Position numbers and translations under genes: made by a program | Origin: an uncultured Candidatus Poseidoniales archaeon | GTDB taxonomy: Archaea > Thermoplasmatota > Poseidoniia > Poseidoniales > Thalassarchaeaceae | Assembly (NCBI GenBank): GCA_964618995.1 | Contig: CAZUBQ010000002.1 | Span: 25,352 to 89,351, forward strand | DNA: 64,000 bases | Reading direction: 5' to 3' | Part shown: positions 37,221 to 47,130 of the stretch, piece by piece | Numbering within the stretch: the stretch's first letter is position 1 | Layout of the letters: each line of letters opens with the position of its first letter | The notes under the pieces: generated by a model | The model's database searches: none | Told to the model about the DNA's origin: nothing | What the model saw: only the letters and a program-made list of their open reading frames with translations

Positions 37221-40200
37221 TCAGAAAGGCGCGGCTCCGGTCATACCGGACCTGACTCTCCTGTAGAGGAGGAATCCTATGAGGAACATGGCGATGATGA
37301 TCATCGGAACCCATGTGTTGACGGATTCAGGAGCGGGTGTGGCGACATGGATGGTCTCCATCTCATTGGTATCTGAAGATGCATCCAGATCATCCAGTTC
37401 CGAGACGATGATGGTGAAGTTGAACTTCTGGTTCCCGATACCAACCCCTTCCAAATCGAGGAACAGCATGTAGTCGACTGTCTTACCCGCTGGAATGGCC
37501 AGATTGTCAGATTCAGTGAAGAGTTCGGGGTATTCGGGCATGTCAAGCCGTATCTTCACTTCGCGTGCATCGACAAGACCGTCGTTTTTCACGCGCACGA
37601 CGAACTGGTTGCGTGAGCCTGTGATCGCATCTCCTCCGCTGAAGGTGTCGATGTCCTCAAATGACAACAGTGGCCGAGCCGCCTTGACCTCTATGGAGAT
37701 CGGCGGGTAACTGGTGTTGTCCTCACTGCTGATATTCAGATGCAGCTCAAAGGATTCATCGCCTGCGTCCGCGGGTGCGAACACGGTGAACGAGTAGGTG
37801 CGCGCCTCACCGCTGTTGTACGGGGACTCCTGCGGCCCGGTTGCGCTCCATCCCTCTGGCAGCCAAGTCGTGTCAATCTCAAACTGGATGGTGTCATGAC
37901 CGTTTCCTGCATTCTCAATCAAGAACTCCACTCGTTGCTCATCACCGGGATAGACCCCTGTTGTACCCTCAGGCTGCTCGAGCACGTTCACCTGGTAGGT
38001 CTGTGGAATGCGGACCGTCAACACATGCTCGCTGGAGGAGCCGTCAGTATGAGTCAGTCTGAGCGTGATTCTGTGACCATCATCCAATGAAGTGGAATTA
38101 CTGAGGTTCGCCGGTTGGACACGCATGGTGAGGTCGAGGGTGCCCGCGCTGTCCAAGCCAAGTTGAATCTTCTGCTCCTCCACCCATTGGATAGTACCAT
38201 TGGCATCGGTGCCATTGTGGAACTCGACCGACCAGTACTCGATGTCCTCGGCGGAGAAGACGGTCGTGACGTTATACTCGTCAAGTGCCTCATTGCCTGT
38301 GTAATCAATCTCGATTGTGAACTCGATCACCTCGAACACATTGCTCTCGTTCGATTCCACGACATCGACGTCGTTGTTCATCTCCTCGTGCTGAGTTGCC
38401 CCAGTGACCGAGGTGACATTGAACTGAACTCCGTGGTTAAGGTGGCGATTGAAGCGCAGGGTGTTGACCGGCGTCTCCTGTTCGGAGGCGATATCGATCG
38501 AAAGGCCGGCGCTGTAGGTCATGTTCAGCCCGTGTTCAAACGTCTGGAATTCACTCTCGAGGAACAATGTCCCCTCGGGTAGCAACAGGTCTACGTTGCC
38601 TTCGGAATCGACACCGACCACCCATTTGCGGTTGTCTCCCATATCAAAATCGATGGACGGTGTATCGAGCATCTCAGCACCCGGTACATTCGAGTCTCCG
38701 AGGTGATGGTTTTCGCCCTCGAAGTCAATCCATGAGGTGGCGATGTGCAGGATGCCGCCTGGCTCCAGCGTCAGGTTCACCTCCGCGCCTTCGTGCACGC
38801 TTGCATCCACGAGAATCACACCGACCACGCCGGCGGCTTCGTTTGTGGCAATCAACACCCATTCTCCGGGTTCGACATCCGCACTCCACGAGCCGTTCCA
38901 GTCACCCCCGTTATCGAGTAGTTTTTCGGGTGTGTGGGAATCTCTCTCGATTCCAGTGTGCGGTACGAGCTGAAGAACAACGCCTCCAGAGATATCGTCC
39001 CACACCTCCATCTGCACGTAATCTATCAGGCCCACCACAGTGACGTTTCCTGCCAGCAATTCCAAATCGGTCGAGTTCGAAGTCTCGGCGATGACGATTG
39101 TGGTGTTTACAGGGGCGAATCCGATACGGGTTGCTTCGATGGTGTAGTTGCCGAGAACGGGTACGAACAATTGCCATGTTCCGAGTTCGCTGCTGGTCAA
39201 GTTGACGTCCTCTGGCAGGCCGCCTCCGCTGACGCTGATGTTCGCACCTTCGACGCCTTCACCCTGATCGTATTCACCGTCGTCATCGAGATCCCAGAAC
39301 AGATTCCCGCCGAGGGTGACCCAATGCTCCAAGATTATCGAACTGTTGTCCGGTGTCTGTTCTCCGTCGCTGAGTTCAGCCAAGGTCTGTGATTCGAGTA
39401 GCCAACGCTCCTGAGAGAACGTAGCGTTCAGGGACAGCGACCACGTCCCTGGCCATATGTAGGCGTCGAGCACGCCATCCGAGTTGGTCGCGGGCAGCGT
39501 TATGTTACCCAGACCATCCTCGCTGTGGGCGATTAACTCGAACCCGGTCATATTCTCCCCGCTACCCTCCTCGAAGAAGGATATCAGCAGATGAGCAGAT
39601 TCCTTAGTACGCCAAGAGATTCCATCGAGGCTGGCGTTGCCGTCGATGACTAGCAGGCCACGGAACTCCTCATGTGTCACGCCGGTGTTGAATCGCTCAA
39701 CAGTGACTATCCACTCGCCTTCGGGAAGATAGTCGAGCAGGGTACCGTTCTCGTCTGTGAAGCGAATGAACTCGATTTCGCCGTCTACAGATTCAAAGTT
39801 CACCTGTCGCTCTGCCACCGCTCCGCTGGAGAAATTGGTCAGTTCAGCGTTCACCCGCCACATGGGCAAGAAGGGCATCTCAACTACCTCGCTCACGTTG
39901 TTCACGCCAAGTGCCAGCACGATGTTTTCTGCGGCCGCCAACTGGGTGTCGTAGGCGCTGCCGTTGGTGGCATTCTGCGGCTCTACGGCAATCGTGTAGA
40001 CACCAGGTTCCACGTTCACGGTGATGCGACCATCGGTGAACTCGGCGGAGGTGACGTTCAGGCCAATCCCCAGACCACCCGCTGAAATCGGTACGAAAGC
40101 CAGGTCGATGTCGATGAGCGTGCCGTTGCTGACGTTCGCATCACCCTCATGGTCGATGAAGGCGGTGATGTCGACGGTGATGTTGTCCGGTTGCGCCATC

Positions 40201-43200
40201 AGCACTAAGTTCAGAAGGTTCTCACTGTTGTTGAGCGAGACGTTGATGTCCATCGATTCGAGGTTGAACCAATCATCATCTATGCTCAGTGTCCAGAGAC
40301 CTTCCTGCAATTTGTTTCCGAAGCGGCCGTCCGAGTCCACCTCTAGGAACCAGTGTACATCACGGGCGTGGTCGTATGCGTGAATCTCCACCGGTCGGTA
40401 GAAGGGGAAGTTACTGGTGTACAACGTCAGGTTGCGATTGATGAACATAGTGCCAGAGAAAGGCAGACCATTCTCGAGGAAGAGCACGATTGGATCCATC
40501 CCCTCAAGCACCTCGAACTGGGTTCCGTTGGACAGTTGGCTGGCAATCGAACGAGCGGTCATGTTGACGACGGCATGTTCGGGAAGCAGCAACGAGAAGT
40601 TGCCCTCCATATCTGTCGTCACCGACGTCTCTATGCCACCCCATTGGAACTCAACCACTAGGTTGTGCGCCGGATCGAATGGGTCATCCTCCTTCTGGGT
40701 GTGCACGAGAATCGTGCCGTTCACCTCGACGCTGCGAACAAGCGTCCACTCCAAGCCGCTCATGTCCTCGATTACCTCGAACTCCTCCCAGAGCATCAGG
40801 CCATCTGCACCTGTGCTGTTGGCCACCCATCCACCCATGGGCAACTCGATGTGGTAGGAACTCGTGTTGTTGTCATAACGAGCTTGCAGGTACTCATCAT
40901 CGAGCAACAACTCGCTGTGGAACCACACTTCGGAGTCACTCACTGGCTCGACCGTTCCTCCGCCCAATTCGGTCCAGACCGTGAACTCGACATCATAGTG
41001 CACCGGAACCGGGTTGGCGCTACTGATGAGTGAGAACTCCTGCGCATCGATGATGGCTGAGATATGCGCGACTCCGTTGCACACACCGTATCCAGTACCG
41101 TTCCACGGAACGCACTCGTTGAATCCATCACCATCGTAGTCCATGCTCAACGAGTAGTTGCCGTCAGGGAGAGGACCGAAACCGAACGAGCCGTTCTCAT
41201 CTGCGGTAATGATGCATGGGGCGAAGAAAGTGACCTCGCATGGCTCGATGGCAGGGCTATCCGGCAGGCTGTTGTCGAGAATCTCCAGTGGAGCATCGCT
41301 GACCATCGAGCCATTCATCCACTTCAGTTCGCCACTGATGTGTGACCCTGGCATCAGCAGTTCGACATCAGCGATAGGTTCTGTTTCGACATCGAGGGAC
41401 GTCGACAGTCGAGTGCGCTTGCCATTGCCGAGTATGACCTCGACTCGATAGGTACCGGGCAGAGCATCGACGAGATGGAACGATCCCGGCTCCACCATTT
41501 CCCCAGTGAAGATACCGACTCCGCTGAACAATCCCGTGCCATTGAACACTCCGTACGTCTCAAGTTGATCGTCGCTGGTGTTGGTGATGAAAATTCCTGC
41601 ACCGACAAACGTCTCCCTGTACATCTCTGTAGTGAAGTCCAGAGTGCCATTGGCGGTGACCCTGCCACTGCCATCCAACTGATTGATGAACACGTACTTC
41701 GGCGGATTACTACCGAGAATCAAACATATCTCATCGTCCTCCGGAACAGTCTCGTTCACGCAGTTGGAGAGGTTGGATGGCGGGTTAACAAGCGTACCTT
41801 CGAATGTGCCCGCGCCCTTGAACTCGCCACTACCGGTGAAGGAGTGGTTGTGTAGTATCTGGCGAGTGAAATTGCCCGTGAAGTCAGAGACGAGCACAGT
41901 ACCCTCAGATTGCATCACGCCAATTCCGGTGAAGGTTACCTCACCTGTTCCGCGGAAGGTTCGCGGATGCTCTTCATCTGATTCAACCGTCCCATTGGTG
42001 GTCCAGATGTGCGGGAGTTCCCGCTGAGTCCAGATCTCTGTTAAGATGAGTTCGTGAGAAATGAGTGGCTCACCGTCGAATGAGGCGTGACCATCCCAGG
42101 CAACGGTGCCCGAGGCGCTAGATGCCGCGATGACAAGTGTCTGCTCGATAACCTGCTCACCGTTCGAGTCGGCTTGCTCTCCGGTGACATTGAACTCTAT
42201 CTCGCCAATCCACTTCCCTCCTGAGACATTCGCCAGCAGCGCGGTGACCGGATTGATGGTTCGTCCATCTTCCGGCTGGTCTCCAAGCACGTCTGTGAGC
42301 CAAGTTTGCCAGGTCTGGAAGTTGCTCTGTGCTTGAGTGATCTTATCGATTGACACCTGACGCGCCTCGGTCTCCTCTCCTGTGAACCCGGTGAACGCTG
42401 TGACGCGGATGTGGCCTGCAGGTACCCTGAACTCGAAGTGACCGTCATCGTCTGCATCGACGGTGCCGATTGGAATCCAGTATTCACGCGGATCGTCGTC
42501 GTTAGAACTCTCGCCACTGTAGGCATCGCGCTCGATGAGGAGGCGCGCATTGGGCACAGTGGAGATGTCTCCAAGTTGGACTTCACCCGACAAAGTCGCT
42601 CCAGAATAGTACTTCAGAATCTTGACCGCGGTGTTCGCATCATACCATGGCTTCGTTCCGTCGTCATTGTCCTCGTCATACCAGTTGGCGATCACGAAGT
42701 GGTTCATCATCGCCGCTGGAAGCGGGAAGGCGTACTGCAGTGAAGAATTCGACGTGCCGCGCATATCGAAGTGCTGCCCTGGCTGAGCAGGGTCTGTGTT
42801 GAGCACGTCATCGAGACCAAGCTGAGGAGAACCGTAGCCGATGTAGGTACGAGCGACCATCGTGTCGAAGAACTCCGCCTCATGATCCACCCTGATATCC
42901 ATGAGTTGTATAATCTCTAAATCGTTCTGCGACTGGCTGCGCACGACGTCATCCTTGTACTCCGCTTCGTACTGCTCGGACGACATTTCTACAGGATAAC
43001 CTGACGCGCCGCGCTGAGTGACGTACAACGTCTCGAAGTATGTGTCAGGATCGAGCCCTGAGAGTGTGGTCGGGGCGTAGAAGATACCCGTGGGGTTGCC
43101 TCCGCTGGAGGAGTAGGCGCCCGCAACGGGGTAGAGACGATTGTCTACTGCAAAGTAGCGGATCTCGTGGTTACGATCGATCGTGTCTCCGGGCTTGCCG

Positions 43201-46200
43201 CCAGAATCGTCGACGGTGTAGGTGATCTCATTGGACACCTCATGGTTGAGCGTGACCAACTCGTCGAGTGTGAGTGCGGTGGACAGGAAGGTACGCCCCA
43301 GCGCCAGCCGTGCATTCTGCCGGTGAAGCGAGGTCGTGGCGTCGGCGAAGTCATCGACGATGTCCTTGGTGTACCAGTAGTCACCGATGATGTAGTGCGT
43401 CACTTCCTCCGTTACCACGTCGTTGCGGTGCTTTGTTGAGTTGAGTGATCCCATTGCATCGGACAGAACATTGTGTTCTGTGCCATCCCACTCCCGACTG
43501 TCGTAGACCCGGTAGGATTTCGTGAGAACAGGCATGCCGATGTCGTTGAGGTGATATCCTTCTCCGAGGGAGATGCTGCCCGCTGTGTGAGTGATGGTGA
43601 ACGAGTGATCGACGACAACCGATTCGCCATCAACCCCCAAGGTCGTCAGCAGCACGAATTCGTCGTACTGGGTGTCTGACAGGGCGCGGTGCAGGGCGTT
43701 GTCGAATCCTGGTGTGAATCCTCCGTCACCGCTGTAGCGCAAATCGCCCTCGGCGAGCGTCAGTATCCAGAGTGCCAGCAAATCCTCCTCTGACTGAGCG
43801 AGCAGCATGTTCCCTGAATTCGGAATACCGCTCTGGAAGTTGTCCGCCACAGTCGGGTGTTTCCCCTGAGCGAGCGCCTGGAATCCATAATCCCACCAAG
43901 AGACGAACGCCGGGCGTTGCGCGAACGGCATTTCCTGATCCTGTTCTTCGAGCCACTGGTAGCCATCGTTCCAATAGCGTCCATTGAAGCCTGAACCGAA
44001 AGACCCCATGTACCAACAACTGGTCGACTTGCTGGAGCCGCGACAACCGCTTGACGGGTTGTACTGGGTGTCGTCGAACACAGAGAATCCGAAAATCGGG
44101 TCAGCGGTGCGCAGCAGCCGCGGCGTGATGTTGTAGATTGATGAATCGACATCCTTGGCTGCGGAGTTCCCCTGCGGGATGCCGGCATCCAGTCCGTAGG
44201 TGGCGTGCTGGCTGACGAGCAGCATGAACACAAGCAGGATGGCCCCCACAGCAGGGTGCTTCTTCAGCGCCTTGGTACCAGAAGTGAATCGTGCCTTCGG
44301 AGTGCCAACCCCGAACCTGCGCCATGATTTGGCAATCTGGTCGCCGCCACACATGCTCCACAAGAGAGTGATCGACCACGCCCCCATGACCGCCACCGGA
44401 GGAGTCGCATTGAACACGAACCGTCCGGCGCGCCATGCCATGAAACCGGCAACGAGCATCCACACCGCCAGCACCAGTTTCACCCGGTCCTGCTGGCGCA
44501 CACCCTGCCACAACGCCGCGAGTCCTGAACCGACGGCCAGCAGCGCAACGAGCGGCCCGAATGAACCGAACAACATCCCGCGGCTGGGAGCCTGTGCCTC
44601 AGCGATTGTCCCGAATATCTTGTTCTTGCTGAAGTAGTAGCCACCCGTGAACAGCACCTCCCATGCAGAGGTGTCCTGCAACACATCGACGATGAACCAG
44701 CCAGCCGCGCCGATGATGCCGAGTACGAGCACGATGGATTGCGGATTGATCTTGGATTCGTAGCTCGCGAGGAACATCCAGATGAACAGCAGACCGGCGG
44801 CGAGCGCACCGAAGTACCATTCGATGGAGAAGTTCACACCTCCTGCGATGATCAGCATACCTATGATTGCCGGTCCGGCGATGACCAACCACGGCAGATC
44901 ACGACTGGCGGATGCGATGTATCCCGTGACGAACGTGAATGCGAGGATGTAGAACATCGGCTGGAATCCGCTGGCGTCCCACACGAGTTTCAACTCCATG
45001 TGAGCGTAGAACGGGAGTGGCAGAAGGAAGGCACTGATCATCATAGCCAATGCAGCGACCGTGAGTGGCATGCTGTCACGACGCCGGAACATGTTCAGCA
45101 GTACCTGAGTGAAGAAGGCTGCATACAAGATGGCGAGACCATAGACGAATCCCTTCCACCCAAGTGCAACAGTGGCAAACGCGAAGCCTGCAAGGATAGC
45201 ATTGGAAACCGCAGTCGGGCGTTGCTCAATGGTCGCCTTCACACCCCTGAGGAAGTACGAGGGGCGCCACGAGGAGTTGGCTACGAGTTTGTCGCTGCCC
45301 GCCGCCTCGACCGCCTTCAACCAGAAGTAGAACCCGAGCGTCAGGAACAGGATGACGAACGCGTCGTGGTCCGCCATCGCGAACGTGCTCTTGGAGACGT
45401 GCCCCGGCATCAGGGCAATCAGCCAAGCGGCCACTGCCCCGGTGCCCTTGCTGAAGAATCGCCGACCGATTGCCGCCATCGGCAACACTGTGAGAGAGCC
45501 GTAGATGACAGGCAGAGCGGACACCGACCACCAGACCGATTCTTCTGCAGGTACTCCGAGAATCGGGGCGAGCAGCAATCCTCCGACAGCCATGCTCCAT
45601 GCGAACAGCGGTGGCCGCGGATTAATCGCTCCGAGCGGATAGGAGCGATCCATGTCGATCAGGAAGTGGCTGTGCTGGGCGAGAACGTACTCCACGGCGC
45701 GCATCATGTACCACGGATCAGAACCTCCGGTCAGATCCCACTCATGGGTCCCGCTGGCGTTCATCGCCGGTATGACGCTCCATACTGAGCGAATGATCAG
45801 CGCAACCAACATCGCGGTGAACACTGTGATTCCGTACCAGTGTGCGGACCACCAGAGACGAGCCGGGCCGGGTAAGCGCCGCGGTGATGTGTCTCCGAGC
45901 TTGCCCATGACGCCGAGAATGATGGCGACCGAATTCACCCAGAAGAAGATGAAGAACCAGACGAACAGGCCATTGCTTCCCCCGAAGTATGAATGCCAAT
46001 CAGATGATCCTGTCAGGATGAGGCCCTTCTCCTGCAATCCCGAGAGAGAGAACAGCAGCCAATTTGCGAGTAAGAGCGTTGCCCGGGTCTTCCAGCGCTC
46101 GGATACGAAGAACATCGCCAGCAGCGAGAGGATACCGGTGAACAGAGCCCACCAGATGCTCATGTGATCGCCAGCCAGCCGCGCACCTTCATCGGATGAG

Positions 46201-47036
46201 AAGAAGGAGGCGAGTACGGTGACGTGGGCGAGCATCCAGAGTGCGAACCCGGCGTAGAGCGGCCACGTCGAGCGGGAATCCAGACGTTCTGGGAGGTTGA
46301 CGAACCAGCCGCCGCGACCAGCGGGCAGCAGTCTGCCGCGCAGGGCGAACGTGGCGAGCGCACCGGCCAGCATGCTGACCATCCAGGTGTTGAAGAACAG
46401 GAAGCCGACCTCCTGTCGGTGACTGTCCAGATGTCCCCAGTAGGAGCTGTCAGCAACATCGAGAGCCGGCAACCAAGCGCCGCCCACCCACTGTGAACCG
46501 TCGAATGTCGGTGCAGCCACGGCTGCGAACGACAGCGCGGCGTAGAACCCCATCACGGTCCAGGTGAGGATGTTCGCTTCCTCGAAACGACCTGCTCTGT
46601 CAAACAGATGCACGCCGAGTGCGAGTACGACGAAAAGCAGACCGAGAAGCGTGTCGCCGATGACCAACTGCGGTATGGCTGCAGCCAACACAAGCGGCGC
46701 GAAAATGAACAGCGTGACATGCGAAGGCTTGACGCTGAGGCCGGAGAAGATGATGCGGGGGGTTACCCCTAGCAGGGCTCCGATCGTCAGTAGAACGAAC
46801 GGAAGCACCTGATTCATCACGGCTTCTTGGCTGTCATACGTCACGCCCAGCGGGTACATCGTCATCGTCAACAGCAGTAGCACGACCCCGGCTAACGGGG
46901 CCGCGAACAGACTGCGCACGGTGCTGACACCCGAGGACGTGCTGTCGTTGTCGTCCATCGTTTTCCCTCTTGATTGACAGTCGTCAGACTGTCGGCGTCG
47001 CCGCCACCTAGCAATGTGGTTTAACGGTTGCCACAC
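37221..47036 (-). CDS. aglB: giant (about 3245-3271 aa) STT3/AglB-type oligosaccharyltransferase fusion. It has an extra N-terminal polytopic membrane domain, an STT3 catalytic core, a ~2200-aa extracellular beta-rich C-terminal region and a C-terminal TM anchor. Probable ATG start at ~46958 (MDDNDSTSS).
   Basis: STT3 signatures appear in the right order. First GSDPWYMMRAVEYV (the DPW(Y/F)xxR motif). Then AMADHDAFVILFLTLGFYFWLKA (the DxD block, compare eukaryotic SYDNEGIAIF...FYLWIKA). Then FVSWWDYGFQ (WWDYG), followed by VADNFQ (the DNNTW/DK region). The remainder is Ig/CARDB/carboxypeptidase-regulatory-like beta domains. It ends in WVPMIIIAMFLIGFLLYRRVRS. Confidence 0.75.
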   Translation of the reverse strand: MWQPLNHIARWRRRRQSDDCQSRGKTMDDNDSTSSGVSTVRSLFAAPLAGVVLLLLTMTMYPLGVTYDSQEAVMNQVLPFVLLTIGALLGVTPRIIFSGLSVKPSHVTLFIFAPLVLAAAIPQLVIGDTLLGLLFVVLALGVHLFDRAGRFEEANILTWTVMGFYAALSFAAVAAPTFDGSQWVGGAWLPALDVADSSYWGHLDSHRQEVGFLFFNTWMVSMLAGALATFALRGRLLPAGRGGWFVNLPERLDSRSTWPLYAGFALWMLAHVTVLASFFSSDEGARLAGDHMSIWWALFTGILSLLAMFFVSERWKTRATLLLANWLLFSLSGLQEKGLILTGSSDWHSYFGGSNGLFVWFFIFFWVNSVAIILGVMGKLGDTSPRRLPGPARLWWSAHWYGITVFTAMLVALIIRSVWSVIPAMNASGTHEWDLTGGSDPWYMMRAVEYVLAQHSHFLIDMDRSYPLGAINPRPPLFAWSMAVGGLLLAPILGVPAEESVWWSVSALPVIYGSLTVLPMAAIGRRFFSKGTGAVAAWLIALMPGHVSKSTFAMADHDAFVILFLTLGFYFWLKAVEAAGSDKLVANSSWRPSYFLRGVKATIEQRPTAVSNAILAGFAFATVALGWKGFVYGLAILYAAFFTQVLLNMFRRRDSMPLTVAALAMMISAFLLPLPFYAHMELKLVWDASGFQPMFYILAFTFVTGYIASASRDLPWLVIAGPAIIGMLIIAGGVNFSIEWYFGALAAGLLFIWMFLASYESKINPQSIVLVLGIIGAAGWFIVDVLQDTSAWEVLFTGGYYFSKNKIFGTIAEAQAPSRGMLFGSFGPLVALLAVGSGLAALWQGVRQQDRVKLVLAVWMLVAGFMAWRAGRFVFNATPPVAVMGAWSITLLWSMCGGDQIAKSWRRFGVGTPKARFTSGTKALKKHPAVGAILLVFMLLVSQHATYGLDAGIPQGNSAAKDVDSSIYNITPRLLRTADPIFGFSVFDDTQYNPSSGCRGSSKSTSCWYMGSFGSGFNGRYWNDGYQWLEEQDQEMPFAQRPAFVSWWDYGFQALAQGKHPTVADNFQSGIPNSGNMLLAQSEEDLLALWILTLAEGDLRYSGDGGFTPGFDNALHRALSDTQYDEFVLLTTLGVDGESVVVDHSFTITHTAGSISLGEGYHLNDIGMPVLTKSYRVYDSREWDGTEHNVLSDAMGSLNSTKHRNDVVTEEVTHYIIGDYWYTKDIVDDFADATTSLHRQNARLALGRTFLSTALTLDELVTLNHEVSNEITYTVDDSGGKPGDTIDRNHEIRYFAVDNRLYPVAGAYSSSGGNPTGIFYAPTTLSGLDPDTYFETLYVTQRGASGYPVEMSSEQYEAEYKDDVVRSQSQNDLEIIQLMDIRVDHEAEFFDTMVARTYIGYGSPQLGLDDVLNTDPAQPGQHFDMRGTSNSSLQYAFPLPAAMMNHFVIANWYDEDNDDGTKPWYDANTAVKILKYYSGATLSGEVQLGDISTVPNARLLIERDAYSGESSNDDDPREYWIPIGTVDADDDGHFEFRVPAGHIRVTAFTGFTGEETEARQVSIDKITQAQSNFQTWQTWLTDVLGDQPEDGRTINPVTALLANVSGGKWIGEIEFNVTGEQADSNGEQVIEQTLVIAASSASGTVAWDGHASFDGEPLISHELILTEIWTQRELPHIWTTNGTVESDEEHPRTFRGTGEVTFTGIGVMQSEGTVLVSDFTGNFTRQILHNHSFTGSGEFKGAGTFEGTLVNPPSNLSNCVNETVPEDDEICLILGSNPPKYVFINQLDGSGRVTANGTLDFTTEMYRETFVGAGIFITNTSDDQLETYGVFNGTGLFSGVGIFTGEMVEPGSFHLVDALPGTYRVEVILGNGKRTRLSTSLDVETEPIADVELLMPGSHISGELKWMNGSMVSDAPLEILDNSLPDSPAIEPCEVTFFAPCIITADENGSFGFGPLPDGNYSLSMDYDGDGFNECVPWNGTGYGVCNGVAHISAIIDAQEFSLISSANPVPVHYDVEFTVWTELGGGTVEPVSDSEVWFHSELLLDDEYLQARYDNNTSSYHIELPMGGWVANSTGADGLMLWEEFEVIEDMSGLEWTLVRSVEVNGTILVHTQKEDDPFDPAHNLVVEFQWGGIETSVTTDMEGNFSLLLPEHAVVNMTARSIASQLSNGTQFEVLEGMDPIVLFLENGLPFSGTMFINRNLTLYTSNFPFYRPVEIHAYDHARDVHWFLEVDSDGRFGNKLQEGLWTLSIDDDWFNLESMDINVSLNNSENLLNLVLMAQPDNITVDITAFIDHEGDANVSNGTLIDIDLAFVPISAGGLGIGLNVTSAEFTDGRITVNVEPGVYTIAVEPQNATNGSAYDTQLAAAENIVLALGVNNVSEVVEMPFLPMWRVNAELTNFSSGAVAERQVNFESVDGEIEFIRFTDENGTLLDYLPEGEWIVTVERFNTGVTHEEFRGLLVIDGNASLDGISWRTKESAHLLISFFEEGSGENMTGFELIAHSEDGLGNITLPATNSDGVLDAYIWPGTWSLSLNATFSQERWLLESQTLAELSDGEQTPDNSSIILEHWVTLGGNLFWDLDDDGEYDQGEGVEGANISVSGGGLPEDVNLTSSELGTWQLFVPVLGNYTIEATRIGFAPVNTTIVIAETSNSTDLELLAGNVTVVGLIDYVQMEVWDDISGGVVLQLVPHTGIERDSHTPEKLLDNGGDWNGSWSADVEPGEWVLIATNEAAGVVGVILVDASVHEGAEVNLTLEPGGILHIATSWIDFEGENHHLGDSNVPGAEMLDTPSIDFDMGDNRKWVVGVDSEGNVDLLLPEGTLFLESEFQTFEHGLNMTYSAGLSIDIASEQETPVNTLRFNRHLNHGVQFNVTSVTGATQHEEMNNDVDVVESNESNVFEVIEFTIEIDYTGNEALDEYNVTTVFSAEDIEYWSVEFHNGTDANGTIQWVEEQKIQLGLDSAGTLDLTMRVQPANLSNSTSLDDGHRITLRLTHTDGSSSEHVLTVRIPQTYQVNVLEQPEGTTGVYPGDEQRVEFLIENAGNGHDTIQFEIDTTWLPEGWSATGPQESPYNSGEARTYSFTVFAPADAGDESFELHLNISSEDNTSYPPISIEVKAARPLLSFEDIDTFSGGDAITGSRNQFVVRVKNDGLVDAREVKIRLDMPEYPELFTESDNLAIPAGKTVDYMLFLDLEGVGIGNQKFNFTIIVSELDDLDASSDTNEMETIHVATPAPESVNTWVPMIIIAMFLIGFLLYRRVRSGMTGAAPF

Positions 47037-47130
47037 GCGGGCGCGAGGTGCATCGCCTCAGTGCCACGATTACACCTAGGATTCCCGAGCTTTGGCAATA
47101 ATGCTCTCCCGGTAGTATGTCATACTCAGA

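Noticed and set aside
44739-45788. 349-aa plus-strand ORF and other long antisense ORFs (38567-39043, 40021-41033, 45652-46167) within the AglB-like giant
   Set aside because: Antisense to the STT3 membrane core and its motif-bearing region. Composition (Arg/His/Gln/Glu-rich, no domains) indicates GC-driven spurious ORFs.
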